DNA from: Octopus bimaculoides
Lineage: Eukaryota
Assembly (NCBI RefSeq): GCF_001194135.2
Contig: NC_068983.1
Location: 107,069,663-107,111,649, forward strand
Length of the DNA: 41,987 nucleotides
Reading direction: 5' to 3'
The position numbers and the translations under genes were made by a program. Positions 1-9,536 of the stretch are shown piece by piece; the stretch's first letter is position 1; the number at the start of each line of letters is the position of its first letter. The notes beneath the pieces are model-generated. The model was given only the letters and a program-made list of their open reading frames with translations, did no database searches and had not been told where the DNA came from.

Positions 1-293
1 CTAACCATTCTTCTATCCCAAGTTTCCTCATTGACCACCAGATAAGGGATCGGGGGACCCTGTCAAATGCTTTCTCCATGTCAACGAAAGCCAGGTACAG
101 AGGTTTATCCTTGGCTAGGTATTTCTCCTGCAGCTGTCTTACTAGAAATATGGCATCAGTAGTGTTTTTACCTGGCACGAACCCAAACTGCATCTCATCT
201 AAATTGATTCGCTCCCTAATTAGTTGGGCTATGACCCTCTCTGTAACTTTCATAACCTGATCTAACAGCTTGATGCCTCTGTAATTATTTGTA
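1..293 (-). mobile_element. RTE-clade LINE reverse transcriptase fragment (cut by window edge)
   Basis: Minus strand reads NNYRGIKLLDQVMKVTERVIAQLIRERINLDEMQFGFVPGKNTTDAIFLVRQLQEKYLAKDKPLYLAFVDMEKAFDRVP, typical non-LTR RT motifs (YRGI.LL, QFGF, D..KAFD). The 5'-truncated end abuts (TA)n. Confidence 0.92.
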
Positions 294-393
294 TATATAT
301 ATATATATATATATCTGTATGTGTGTGTATAGAAAAATGAATAGATGAGAAACAATGATGGTGTTAATGTGCGTGTGCATGTCTATATGTGTG

Positions 394-435
<42 letters not shown>

Positions 436-480
436 CTCATATATGTATATGTATGTATGTATGTATGTATGTATTAAGTA
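292..480. repeat. (TA)n, (CA)n and (TATG)n microsatellites
   Basis: Directly visible simple repeats. Confidence 0.9.
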
Positions 481-1189
481 TCTGTGCATAGATACATACA
501 TGCATACATATAAGTTGTGCGTGAGTGTGTCTTATTCTACTAGTGTTAATGATTTTACTATGAATAAATGGAACAGTTTAGAGAAAGCGAAGAACTGAAT
601 AACTGAGGGAGAGAAGTATGAAGTCAGAACTTTATAGAATTTTACTATATTGATGATTCATTTCTGGTTTTACAAGAGTACAAATGAAAATCGTTTTAAA
701 GGATTTGTACAGCCCTTGTATTGAGTTAACCTTTATCAAAATATTTATTTATTTTCTATTTATCTTCTTTCAATCAGTAATTGACAGTGGTCTGGGAACA
801 ATTGGTTGGTAGCATTGGAATTCAGGAAGAGATCACTGTTCTGTCATGACAGATTAAATACATTCTGTAATTGAAGAAAATTCCTGAGAAGCTTCTTTTT
901 TTCTCTCTTTTTTAAAAAAATTTTTTTTTTTTGGTTTATTTTGCTTTCTTGCTTTTCATTCTCGTTAATTTGGTTTACATTCTTTTTCCCATCTCTGTAT
1001 CTCTGTTGAAATAGAATGACATTGGTTTACTGAGACAAGATTTTTCAACAACCAATCAATTTCCTGAAATTTCTGATTCTGTGTAGAAATATTTATATAA
1101 TATGTTAAGCTTGTTAATAATTGTATAGTTCAGATACATACAGTTTCAAGTGGAAATAATATACACAATTTATTTTATACTCAAGTAAG

Positions 1190-1365
1190 CTCATACATAC
1201 AAAACAAGATGGAAAAAAAATAGTACTTAAATACCAAAAGTAGAGTAAAATACAGTTTTACTGAAGCTGAAAAATACTTCAGAAACTCTTACTTGGAATT
1301 CATCAGACAGTTTTCTCACTCCTATCTTATGAACAGTTGCATGAAACTATGAGTAGCAGCTTGTG
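1190..1365 (-). mobile_element. Possible decayed Penelope-type pseudo-LTR fragment with hammerhead remnants
   Basis: Minus strand aactgt-CTGATGA-attccaag-TA-agagtt (1285-1313) and plus strand CTTATGA-N10-GAAA-ctatgag-TA (1326-1355) resemble degenerate hammerhead cores. Confidence 0.3.
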
Positions 1366-1424
1366 AAGTTTTTTAGTGTAAACAGAATAGAATTTATTTC
1401 ATATGGAGATCTGAATGTATATGT

Positions 1425-1652
1425 TTAACCCTTTATCATTTAAACTGGCCTTATCTGGCCAAAATTAACTACCTGCATTATCTTCAAACCAGCCAGATCT
1501 GCCCTCTCACAGTTACCCAACAATATTATTTTAGAAATAATCAATCACATCATTGAAATCTCAGAGCTACAAGATATTGCAGAATTAATTAAAATCAATG
1601 TAAATAAATAAGCATTATATTTGACAGAGAAATCTGAATGCTAAATGGTTAA
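1425..1652. mobile_element. TTAA-flanked MITE (piggyBac-like non-autonomous)
   Basis: Ends ttaa-ccctttatcatt ... aatgctaaatgg-ttaa. Internal sequence matches the reverse complement of the copy at 13011-13238. Confidence 0.85.
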
Positions 1653-2189
1653 ACAAAAACGGTGTGCATGTGCACACACACACATATGCACGCATGCACA
1701 CACATGCACACAGACACATACAAGATAAAACAAAGTACAAGGAGACTAGTGGTGGTATGCATTGGCAGGTCTTGTATTATTAGGAAAAGTGACAGAAAGA
1801 GTAGAGTGAAATTGCTGTGGCGAGTTGAGTATCCAATGTTTTATATAGAGATCTTCTTCTGTTTAAAGAAGACAAAATGGAAATAAAGCTCAAATAGCTG
1901 AGTTTTACTTCTATATCTGAGAGACTGGCTGCAACTGCTGTGGAACTTCATGAAACAATATTTGAAATTGAAGTAGTAGCAAAATGATTGGCAGATTCAT
2001 CTATCGCTACTATGTAAGACAATGATTCAAGGAAAAAAAAAAGAAGCTATGCACTAACAACAGTCACAGTATACACAAACCAACTCATAAATAAACTGCA
2101 AAATGAGAAATGTAGTGTACCACACAAAAAGCATAAAGAAGAAATGTAGTGACACCACTCATCATCATCATCCAATGTTTTAAATCACC

Positions 2190-2826
2190 AACCACTCATC
2201 TATCCCTAGTTTCCACATTGACCACTAGATAAGGGATTGGGGAACCCTGTCAAAAGCTTTCTCCATTTCAATGAAAGCCAAGTACAGAGGTTTATCTTTG
2301 GCTAGGAATTTCTCCTGCAGCTGTCTTAGCATAAATATAGCATCAGTGGTACTTCTCCCTGACACAAACCCGAACTGCATCTTATCTAAACTAACTCTCT
2401 CCCTAACTAGTTGGGCTATGACCCTCTCCGTGACCTTCATTACCTGATCCAACAATTTGATACCTCTGTAATTATTTGTATCTAAGCGTCACCTTTACCT
2501 TTGTAACAGTTGACTATGGTGCTGCTACAGCAGTCATTGGGTATGACTCTTTCGTGTATCACTTGGTTATCTATATGGGTGATTAGACTATAGCCTACAC
2601 TGCCAGATATTTTAAGCATCTCAACAGTGATTCCTGATGGGCCAAGAGCTTTCCCTATTTTCATACCCTTAATTGCTTTATCTACCAAGGTACTGTCAAT
2701 TCGAATAGCTGGTCCCCCTGTTGTGTCAACATTTGGCAGACTCTCTTTCTCTTCATTTAGTAACCTTTCACAGTGGCATCTCCAAGTCTCTCTATTTGCA
2801 GCATCATTAAATGCAAGTGAGCCATA
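2190..2826 (-). mobile_element. RTE-clade LINE fragment (linker + RT N-terminal motifs), frameshifted
   Basis: ORFs 2482-2991 and 2225-2455 give WRCHCERLLNEE...IKGMKIGKALGPSGITVEMLK...VIPNDCCSSTIVNCYKGKGDA, then MQFGFVSGRSTTDAIF...EKAFDRVP. Closely similar to 1-293. Confidence 0.93.
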
Positions 2827-2975
2827 TAGATATGTATGTGTGTGTGTGTGTGTGCACGCACGTGTGTGTGTGTGTATGTGTGCATATGTATGTGTGTCTA
2901 TGTGTGATTGTGTGTATGTGTGCTTATATATGTATATATTCAAATGTACACACACATATACCTGTATATATGTAT
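2827..2975. repeat. (TG)n/(TATG)n compound microsatellite
   Basis: Directly visible. Confidence 0.85.
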
Positions 2976-4287
2976 TGCCATTTATATGCATTTTTCCATA
3001 TGAGCATGGTTTGAATTGAACTGGACTTCTTCAGGACCGTATTGTGGCACTTGTGATACTTTATCATTTCCTTTATGAGAAACAGCTTTTTGAGATCAGC
3101 TTTCACAATCTTTTTTCTTGTTTCTCTTTAAGTCTTCTGTAATTTTGCTCCTGCTTAGCTTGCTTAGTACTTCTGTACTTAATTATCATCCTCCATACAC
3201 ATCATATGTCCATACCAGCTCAATCTTTTCTCTTGCATGCTATATCGCATTTCTCTCATACCTAGAATTTTTCTTTAATCTGCTTTGTGCTCTGACTTTC
3301 ATGCATGCAAAGACTACATCTCCAGCAAAGCATGCTTACCTCCTTTCTTTTCAACTTTCACCTCCCTCCCTCATATTCAGTACTTATTTGCTACTACCAA
3401 GCCCCATTGCATTCATACACAAGCATCATACAATTTGCCTATCATTCAGAGAAAGAATTCTTTTATTGCCAGTAGAATTAAAATCTCCTTGAACGTTTCT
3501 GACTTTGCTCTCATTCAGGTTATTATGCTTTTGGAACATTATTTTCTACTGCTAATTGGGTCACCTACATAATGGAACCTATAGCTAATTCCAAGGAGCC
3601 CTCTGAGAATTAGAAAATATTTATCTAAGGGTACTCATATGCTAACTAACCTTGTCCATCTGCTGTTTATAAATTCCTTCCTCTCTATCAGCTTGCCTGT
3701 GATCACAGAGAGCCACTTATGTACCCACAATTTACATTGGATATCTTAAATGGCATATTGGGTACCATATATGGTATTCCTCTGACACCTTTTCTGATAC
3801 CGAGCATGGCCACAACCCAGATGGCAGTAGAAGTCTGTCTCCTTTTCTTCTAAGTAAACTATTATTGTCTTTGTTAGATTCTAGACTTAGAAATCCTTCT
3901 TCCTCACTTGGCAATTCTTCTCTAATTCTTTGATGGATTCTTCATTGAGCACTGGATGATCAGTCTTAAACTTTTCTATGATTTGAATCACTATAATAAA
4001 CAGGAGGGCTCTGAGAACCCATTGTTAACATTTAACCTTTTTTGACAGCATCACTGAACATTACTTCCACAGTTGTCACATTCATCTACACCTGATATTT
4101 ATATTTGTAGTGACTATTAGACTATAGAGAGTGATAGTCTGTGGAAATTAATGAATGTAAATTATATAGTTACAGCAGTTTTGTCTTTGCTAAGAATTTT
4201 CCCCATAGTTGTCTCAGTAGAAAGAGAGAATCAGTAGGTTCCTGTCTTGGCACAAACCTGAATTGCATTTCCTTTAAGTTATACTGT
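2975..4287 (-). mobile_element. Older, heavily degraded RTE LINE (RT to 3' tail)
   Basis: Broken minus-strand translation: NLKEMQFRFVP...DSLFLLRQL; ALLFIIVIQ; LLPSGLWPCSV; IGKLYDACV; EVSMLCWRC; QEKRLSWYGHM; KADLKKLFLIKEM. Ends in a ccatgctcatatggaaaa 3' tail like other RTE tails in the window. Confidence 0.75.
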
Positions 4288-4619
4288 CCCCATATATGCA
4301 TATATGCAAAGGCATGGGAACAGGGGGTGCCGGTGGTGCACTTGCACCCACTGAAACTTTTGGGGGGTGCAAAATTAAAATTTGTACCCACTACATACCT
4401 TTGCCAGGTTCAGGAAGTAGTGTCTAAAAATTGATCTGTAATAGTTGCTTGAAGTTAGATTTCTTCTCTAAACAAAAACAAAGGACAAAAATGAATTAAA
4501 AAAAATTATGAAGGAGGTCATGAAACTCCCAAGGAAATTCTCTAGAAAGATATAATTCTGAACTAAAGCAGCATGAACATCAAAAGTATGTGATAACAAC
4601 AAGAACAACGACATGACCA

Positions 4620-5340
4620 TCAGCCATGGCCACTCCTCAATACTAGCACAAATGACAGGCCAGCTATTCTCATTCCTCATTTCCTCTGAATACCACAAAT
4701 GACCCATCATCATCGTTGCCATTGTATTCTACTGCTATTAACCTTACCACAACTAAACAACAAGATCAGCAGCCTCTCACAGACACAAGAATATCGATGG
4801 CTATGAACTAAGCCTCCTTCATCAATGGGAAGGTAGAAACAATATGAAATTTAGTACATCAAAATTTCAGCTTCTTCATTACAGAGGGAACACACCAATT
4901 TGCTATATTTAACACAAGATAACATAATGATTGAAAGCACTAATGACATGTGGGACTTTGGAGTAATCATGCCAAATGATGCATTTTTCATCAGCCATAT
5001 TATCAAACTGACCTCAAAATGCAGCCAACTCATAGGTAGGATCCTACGAACTTTTGTGACAATGGATCCAGTAGTTACACTAACACTATGGAAAACACTA
5101 GTTCTGAGCAGATTAGATTGCTGCTTACAGCTTTGGTCTCCTAACTCATCAAGTCTCATAGAAGAAACTGAAAGGTTACAAGGAACATTCAACAGTAAAA
5201 TACCTTTGGTTAAAAGACTTATTTACTGAGAACATCTGAAAGCACTGTATCTTTACTCTCTTGAATGCTAAAGAGAGAGATATACTTTCACATATGTATG
5301 GAAAATCCTGGCATGCTCCAAACTTTGGCATTAGAGAGAA
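4620..5340 (+). mobile_element. CR1/L2-group LINE RT C-terminal fragment
   Basis: W..RNNMKFSTSKFQLL; ORF 4900-5229 WDFGVIM...HIIKLTSKCSQLIGRILRTF...LWKTLVLSRLDCCLQLWSP...ERLQ; then L.LYSLE.RERY, the classic CR1-type post-RT motifs. Region 4620-4810 is less certain. Confidence 0.85.
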
Positions 5341-5445
5341 TGTGTGCGTGTGTGCCCATCGCCACTTGAGAACTGGTGTTGATGTGTTTACATCCCATAA
5401 CTTAGTGGTTTGCCAAAAGAGATCGATAGAATAAATACCAGACTT
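5341..5445 (+). mobile_element. SINE body fragment (family of 31067-31471)
   Basis: cttgagaactggtgttgatgtgtttacatcccataacttagtggtttgccaaaagagatcgatagaataaatac matches 31275-31370. Confidence 0.8.
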
Positions 5446-6283
5446 GGATCTTTTCTGTTTGGCTTTCAGGTTTCACTTCCTTCAATTTTGTTCCAATTGG
5501 TTTCAAATTTGGTGTATAGATGTGGGGTTTTTTATGAATATCATCTTTATGAATATCATTTCCATAATTAGGAAATGATATTCCTTTTTGCCATAAATTA
5601 ATAAATAAAATTTCAATAGCTTTAAAAGTTTGCAAATTTGGGGTAGTCTTAGCTATTTGAAAGTCACAAATATATTGGTGTTTGTTTCCATTGTAACAAG
5701 CCAAACTGTTGAGTTGTCTTTTTGCTTGTCTGTTACATTGTGTCTTCCTGCTTTTACCTGACTGTTACTGTGAGACCCACTATTCTATGGTTGACTCGTA
5801 TATTTTTGAATTCATATGGTGCAGGGGAGAGGAAAATTGTAATTTGTTTGACAAACTCCTGAAGTGCATCACAAATTTTCGTTTTTTGTAATTTAACATT
5901 CAGTTTTAGTTTCTTTTTGTTTCTTTTGTAATTTTTTGCATTATATGCCTGTTCCAACATTTCCCATGACTTTATTCATTAAAACTTATTAAAACTTATG
6001 TCGTTGAATGTTTTGCCATCACAACCTTGTCATCAGTCATCATAATTTTGTCGTCACTGAGAAATTGCTAGTTACCAAATCCTGTTTTCTGATTGGGTAA
6101 AAATGATTGAACTTTAAACCACTGTGATATTTTTCTAAAATTATTCTGGAACAAGTGAATAACATCAGATTCAAGGAAAAAGTACAAGAATATACTGAAG
6201 TTAAAAATTTCCACTTAATTTTAAAATTTCAAAAAGTGAAGCCCAGCAGGAAAGATCTAATGTTTAAAAGTGAACTTTATTAA

Positions 6284-6340
6284 GTCACATACCATGAGAA
6301 TATCTTGGTCAGTCTACGAACTTTTCAGCTGACCTTCATA
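6284..6340. mobile_element. Solo mariner terminal inverted repeat
   Basis: catgagaatatcttggtcagtctacgaacttttcagctgaccttca-TA is the reverse complement of the mariner end at 15431-15482. Confidence 0.8.
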
Positions 6341-6349
6341 ATAATAAAA

Positions 6350-6405
<56 letters not shown>
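6341..6405. repeat. (TTA)n microsatellite
   Basis: Directly visible. Confidence 0.95.
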
Positions 6406-6407
<2 letters not shown>

Positions 6408-6559
6408 GTGTTTGTTTTGATGTTATGATTGGAAAAATCCACCTTATTTGTAAACATTTTGTACCCGAATTTGCACTCACTAAGCAAATTTTGTTCCTGG
6501 GCCACTGCATATATGTGTCTGTGTAAGTATACATATATCCTCCTCCTTGTCGTCGTCGT

Positions 6560-6765
6560 CATCATCACCATCATCATCATTTAACGTCCAATTTCCATGC
6601 TTGACGTTTTTTTGGGGTGGGGGAGTTGGTAAAGCCAGGGGTAGCACCAAGTTCTATGGTCTGTCTTGGCTTAGTTTCTTTAGATGGATGTCCTTCCCAA
6701 TGCCAACTACTCCTCAGAGTGTACTGGGTGCTTTTTATGTGACACCAGCACCAGTGCTTAAGAAA
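6560..6765 (-). mobile_element. Non-autonomous retroelement 3' end sharing the RTE tail
   Basis: Reverse complement gives ...gcattgggaaggacatccatct...caagcatggaaattggacgttaaatgatgatga, homologous to 20548-20915, 37020-37220 and 40338-40765. Confidence 0.75.
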
Positions 6766-6775
6766 TTTGAATGAT

Positions 6776-7014
6776 TAAAAGTACAAGAAATTATATCATA
6801 AACTTCATTAGCTTACACCTGCTTCTACAATAGCATGCAATGCACTTATAGTTGAATGCTTGTGTATCAAACATGAATTGCAATTGCACTCATGTGCAAA
6901 GCTTCAGTGAAGCTCTAGGGTAATACACAAGCATTCAACTATGAGTGCAATGCATCTTATTGCGGAAACAGCTGTAAGCTAATGAAGTTCATTTCTTAAT
7001 TTCTTGTTCCTTTG
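6776..7014. mobile_element. Foldback MITE with ~90-bp inverted arms
   Basis: 6784-6869 and 6921-7006 are imperfect reverse complements (aacttcattagcttaca...atagttgaatgcttgtgtat / atacacaagcattcaactat...tgtaagctaatgaagtt). Confidence 0.85.
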
Positions 7015-7125
7015 TCATTTTACTTTCTTATTACTGCTTTGTACTTGACTGATACTTTATTCTGAAGCATAAATATATTGTGTTCTAACATCAGGTTAGT
7101 AATATCACTATGCCTAAGCAAAATA

Positions 7126-7161
<36 letters not shown>

Positions 7162-7269
7162 CAAAGACATACACATAGTTACACATGCACTTTCATATAT
7201 ATCATCATCATATCATCATCGTTGTATCATCATCATTATATCATCATCATCATTGTCATCAACATTAAC

Positions 7270-7700
7270 AATATAATCTTGAAAGTGGGGGCTCATCTTT
7301 CTCATATCTCATCACTCCACTCCTTTTCGTAAATTCTTTGATCTTATTTCTGTCACAGCATTTTCTACTATCAGGAGAAGACAGTTTTTCATCCAGTAGT
7401 CGTCAACCATTTATATACATCAGTTGTCCTTCTTGCATACATCAGTTAATGCCTATTGTGCTTAAATCTTTTGTATTCTGCTCAAATGCATGTTAATGTT
7501 ACACATACTGCAAACCACTCTTGATGTGTTTGTCTTCAACTTATGTGTATTGAAAGTTTCTCTTCTGTGACTAGTCATTTTAAAAATATTTATTCCTCTT
7601 TGATGTATGATATATTATGTATAACTTCCAGGATATTTACCATGTAGAGAATCATAACAGCTTTCTTGTCTTTTTAGATTGGCATACTAAATAGAGAATG
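7270..7700 (-). mobile_element. Possible ancient RTE C-terminal remnant
   Basis: Minus strand ...atgtgtaacattaacatgcat...ataggcattaactgatgtatgcaagaaggacaactg resembles the region before the RWYGHV motif of the other RTE copies. Very decayed. Confidence 0.35.
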
Positions 7701-7814
7701 CTTGCATCTTAAAAGTTAATGAAATTTGACAGAGGACTCATGCTTTATGATAAATACTTTCAAGACTCTGTTCATAAACATGACATTCTACTAAAAGTTT
7801 TAAATAATGGTTTA

Positions 7815-7930
7815 AAATTTTAGAACAAGGTCAACAATTTCAAGGGAGAGGGTAAGTCAATTACTACTACCCCAGTGTTCAACTGGTACTTCTTTTATCA
7901 GCCCCAAAAGGATGAAAGGTAAAATAGGCC
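7815..7930 (-). mobile_element. SINE 3' fragment (family of 8904-9115)
   Basis: gagggtaagtcaattactactaccccagtgttcaactggtacttcttttatcagccccaaaaggatgaaagg is the reverse complement of the SINE core. Confidence 0.75.
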
Positions 7931-7931
7931 C

Positions 7932-8100
7932 ATTTTCAAAAGTTCTGAATTAAAATCTTCCACCAAACCTTAGTCACAATTTATGTTCCTAACACTAGCT
8001 TAATGATAACTAAGTTATTTTACTAAATTCTTTGTTATATTCATGATTAATTCAAAGAAACACAGAGCATCTCAACAAAAATATGGTAACAAAAGGGTTC
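7932..8100. mobile_element. Partial TTAA-type MITE (second family)
   Basis: Ends atatggtaacaaaagggtt. Related in reverse orientation to 24308-24525 and 38144-38486. Confidence 0.6.
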
Positions 8101-8714
8101 AAAAGTGAATACTGTAAACAACTGAGTACTTATTTGCTATTATTGTTGTTATTGTTTATAGTTAATACCATTCCATAGCACATATTTGTCAATATTTATG
8201 TCTGGACAAAGCATCATTTTAAAACCTAAGTATAGTGAAAGTATAGTTTTTCTATACCCCAAATTATTTAAATTAATTCTGTGTTAATACATCTTGCAAT
8301 TTAGGTGGGCTTATAACAATTATAGATCTCTCTGTCACTCTCTCAATATGTATGTGTATATGTACATATTGATTTCCATTATCTGCGTGTATTTTCTATA
8401 TAACTCTGTAGCATCATACCAATTTACAAATACATCCATGCAAGATGGCTACAAACTCATGTTCGAGTATTGCCATCATCTGATTGAAAAGTCCCACACA
8501 TGCAAAGGCTATGACCAGCCATTTTTGTGATAGGTCTTATTTTTTTTCAAGTGGTGCCTATGCATGAAGATTTTATTTTATAGAGAGTTAAAGATTTGCC
8601 CTTGCTGAACATGGACAACATAAACTTGAAAAGAAGAACTAGTCTACATCATTGAATATTGTCAGTGTTGCATGTTTTTTCTCAGAGTTTCCTTCACCTA
8701 GACAAATGTTGTGA

Positions 8715-9451
8715 CAGCATTTTTTGATTGACTTGGAGAAGGCTTTTGACAGTTACCATTTAAAACCTGATGGTCATTAGAAAAGCCAAATGTAGGTGAA
8801 TGTCTTGTAAGTGTGATACACGCAATGCACATAGATATGGCCAGTAAAGTAAGAATTGGCAATAACTTATTAATGAATTTAGCATGCAGCTAGTGTGCAT
8901 GGGGAAGGCAGTAAGTTGGCAGAATCGTTAGTATGCTGGTAAAATGCTCAGCTGAATTTTGTTTGTCTTTACGTTCTAAGTTCAAATTCTGCCAAGGTTG
9001 TCTTTGCCTTTCATCCATTCAGAGTCGATAGAATAAGTACCAGTTGAACTCTGGTAATCCGACTTGCCCCTCCCCTGAAATTGCTGGCCTTGTGTCCAAG
9101 ATTTGAAACCAATATTAGTGTTCATGGGTGATATGCTACGGATGAGCTAAGAGAAAAACTGGGTATAAGTAGAAGTATATGTAGTGTGCAGAAGCATTGG
9201 TACAGACATATAATACATCTGGATAATGGCAGATAGCGAAAGAAAGGCCAAGAGATCCAAGTGGGAGGAAATTGCAGAAAAAAACTAAGAAATATACAAG
9301 CAGAAATGATGAAAACTAATCTAAGGATGCTGAGCCTCACAAAGGAAACAGATGATAAAGAAAAGGCAGCAAATAACAGGATTGTATGCTGTTGGAGAGG
9401 CCCCATTCAAGTTATACAAGCATGGAAAAGCAGATTTAATAATGAAGATGA

Positions 9452-9455
<4 letters not shown>
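8715..9455 (+). mobile_element. Internally deleted RTE LINE relic, split by a SINE
   Basis: 8715-8900 reads FLIDLEKAFD... 9119-9455 reads DELREKLGIS.SICSVQ..HWYRHI...MKTNLRMLSLTKE, then the tail caagcatggaaaagcagatttaataatgaagatgat. Confidence 0.75.
8904..9115 (+). mobile_element. tRNA-derived SINE with Meta-domain-like core
   Basis: Head with A-box-like ttggcagaatcgtta and B-box-like agttcaaattc, core ctttgcctttcatccattcagagtcgatagaataagtaccag. Flanked by the 13-bp near-direct repeat tagtg(t)(g/t)catggg (8891-8903, 9116-9128). Confidence 0.85.
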
Positions 9456-9487
<32 letters not shown>

Positions 9488-9536
9488 TGTATGTATGTAT
9501 GTATGTATGTATTTATGTATGTATGTATGTATGTAT
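9453..9536. repeat. (TA)n/(TATG)n microsatellite
   Basis: Directly visible. Confidence 0.9.

Noticed and set aside
8294-8530. 78-aa ORF / candidate exon SYQFTNTSMQDGYKLMFEYCHH...
   Set aside because: No recognisable homology, no donor site, and it begins in a microsatellite-like segment.
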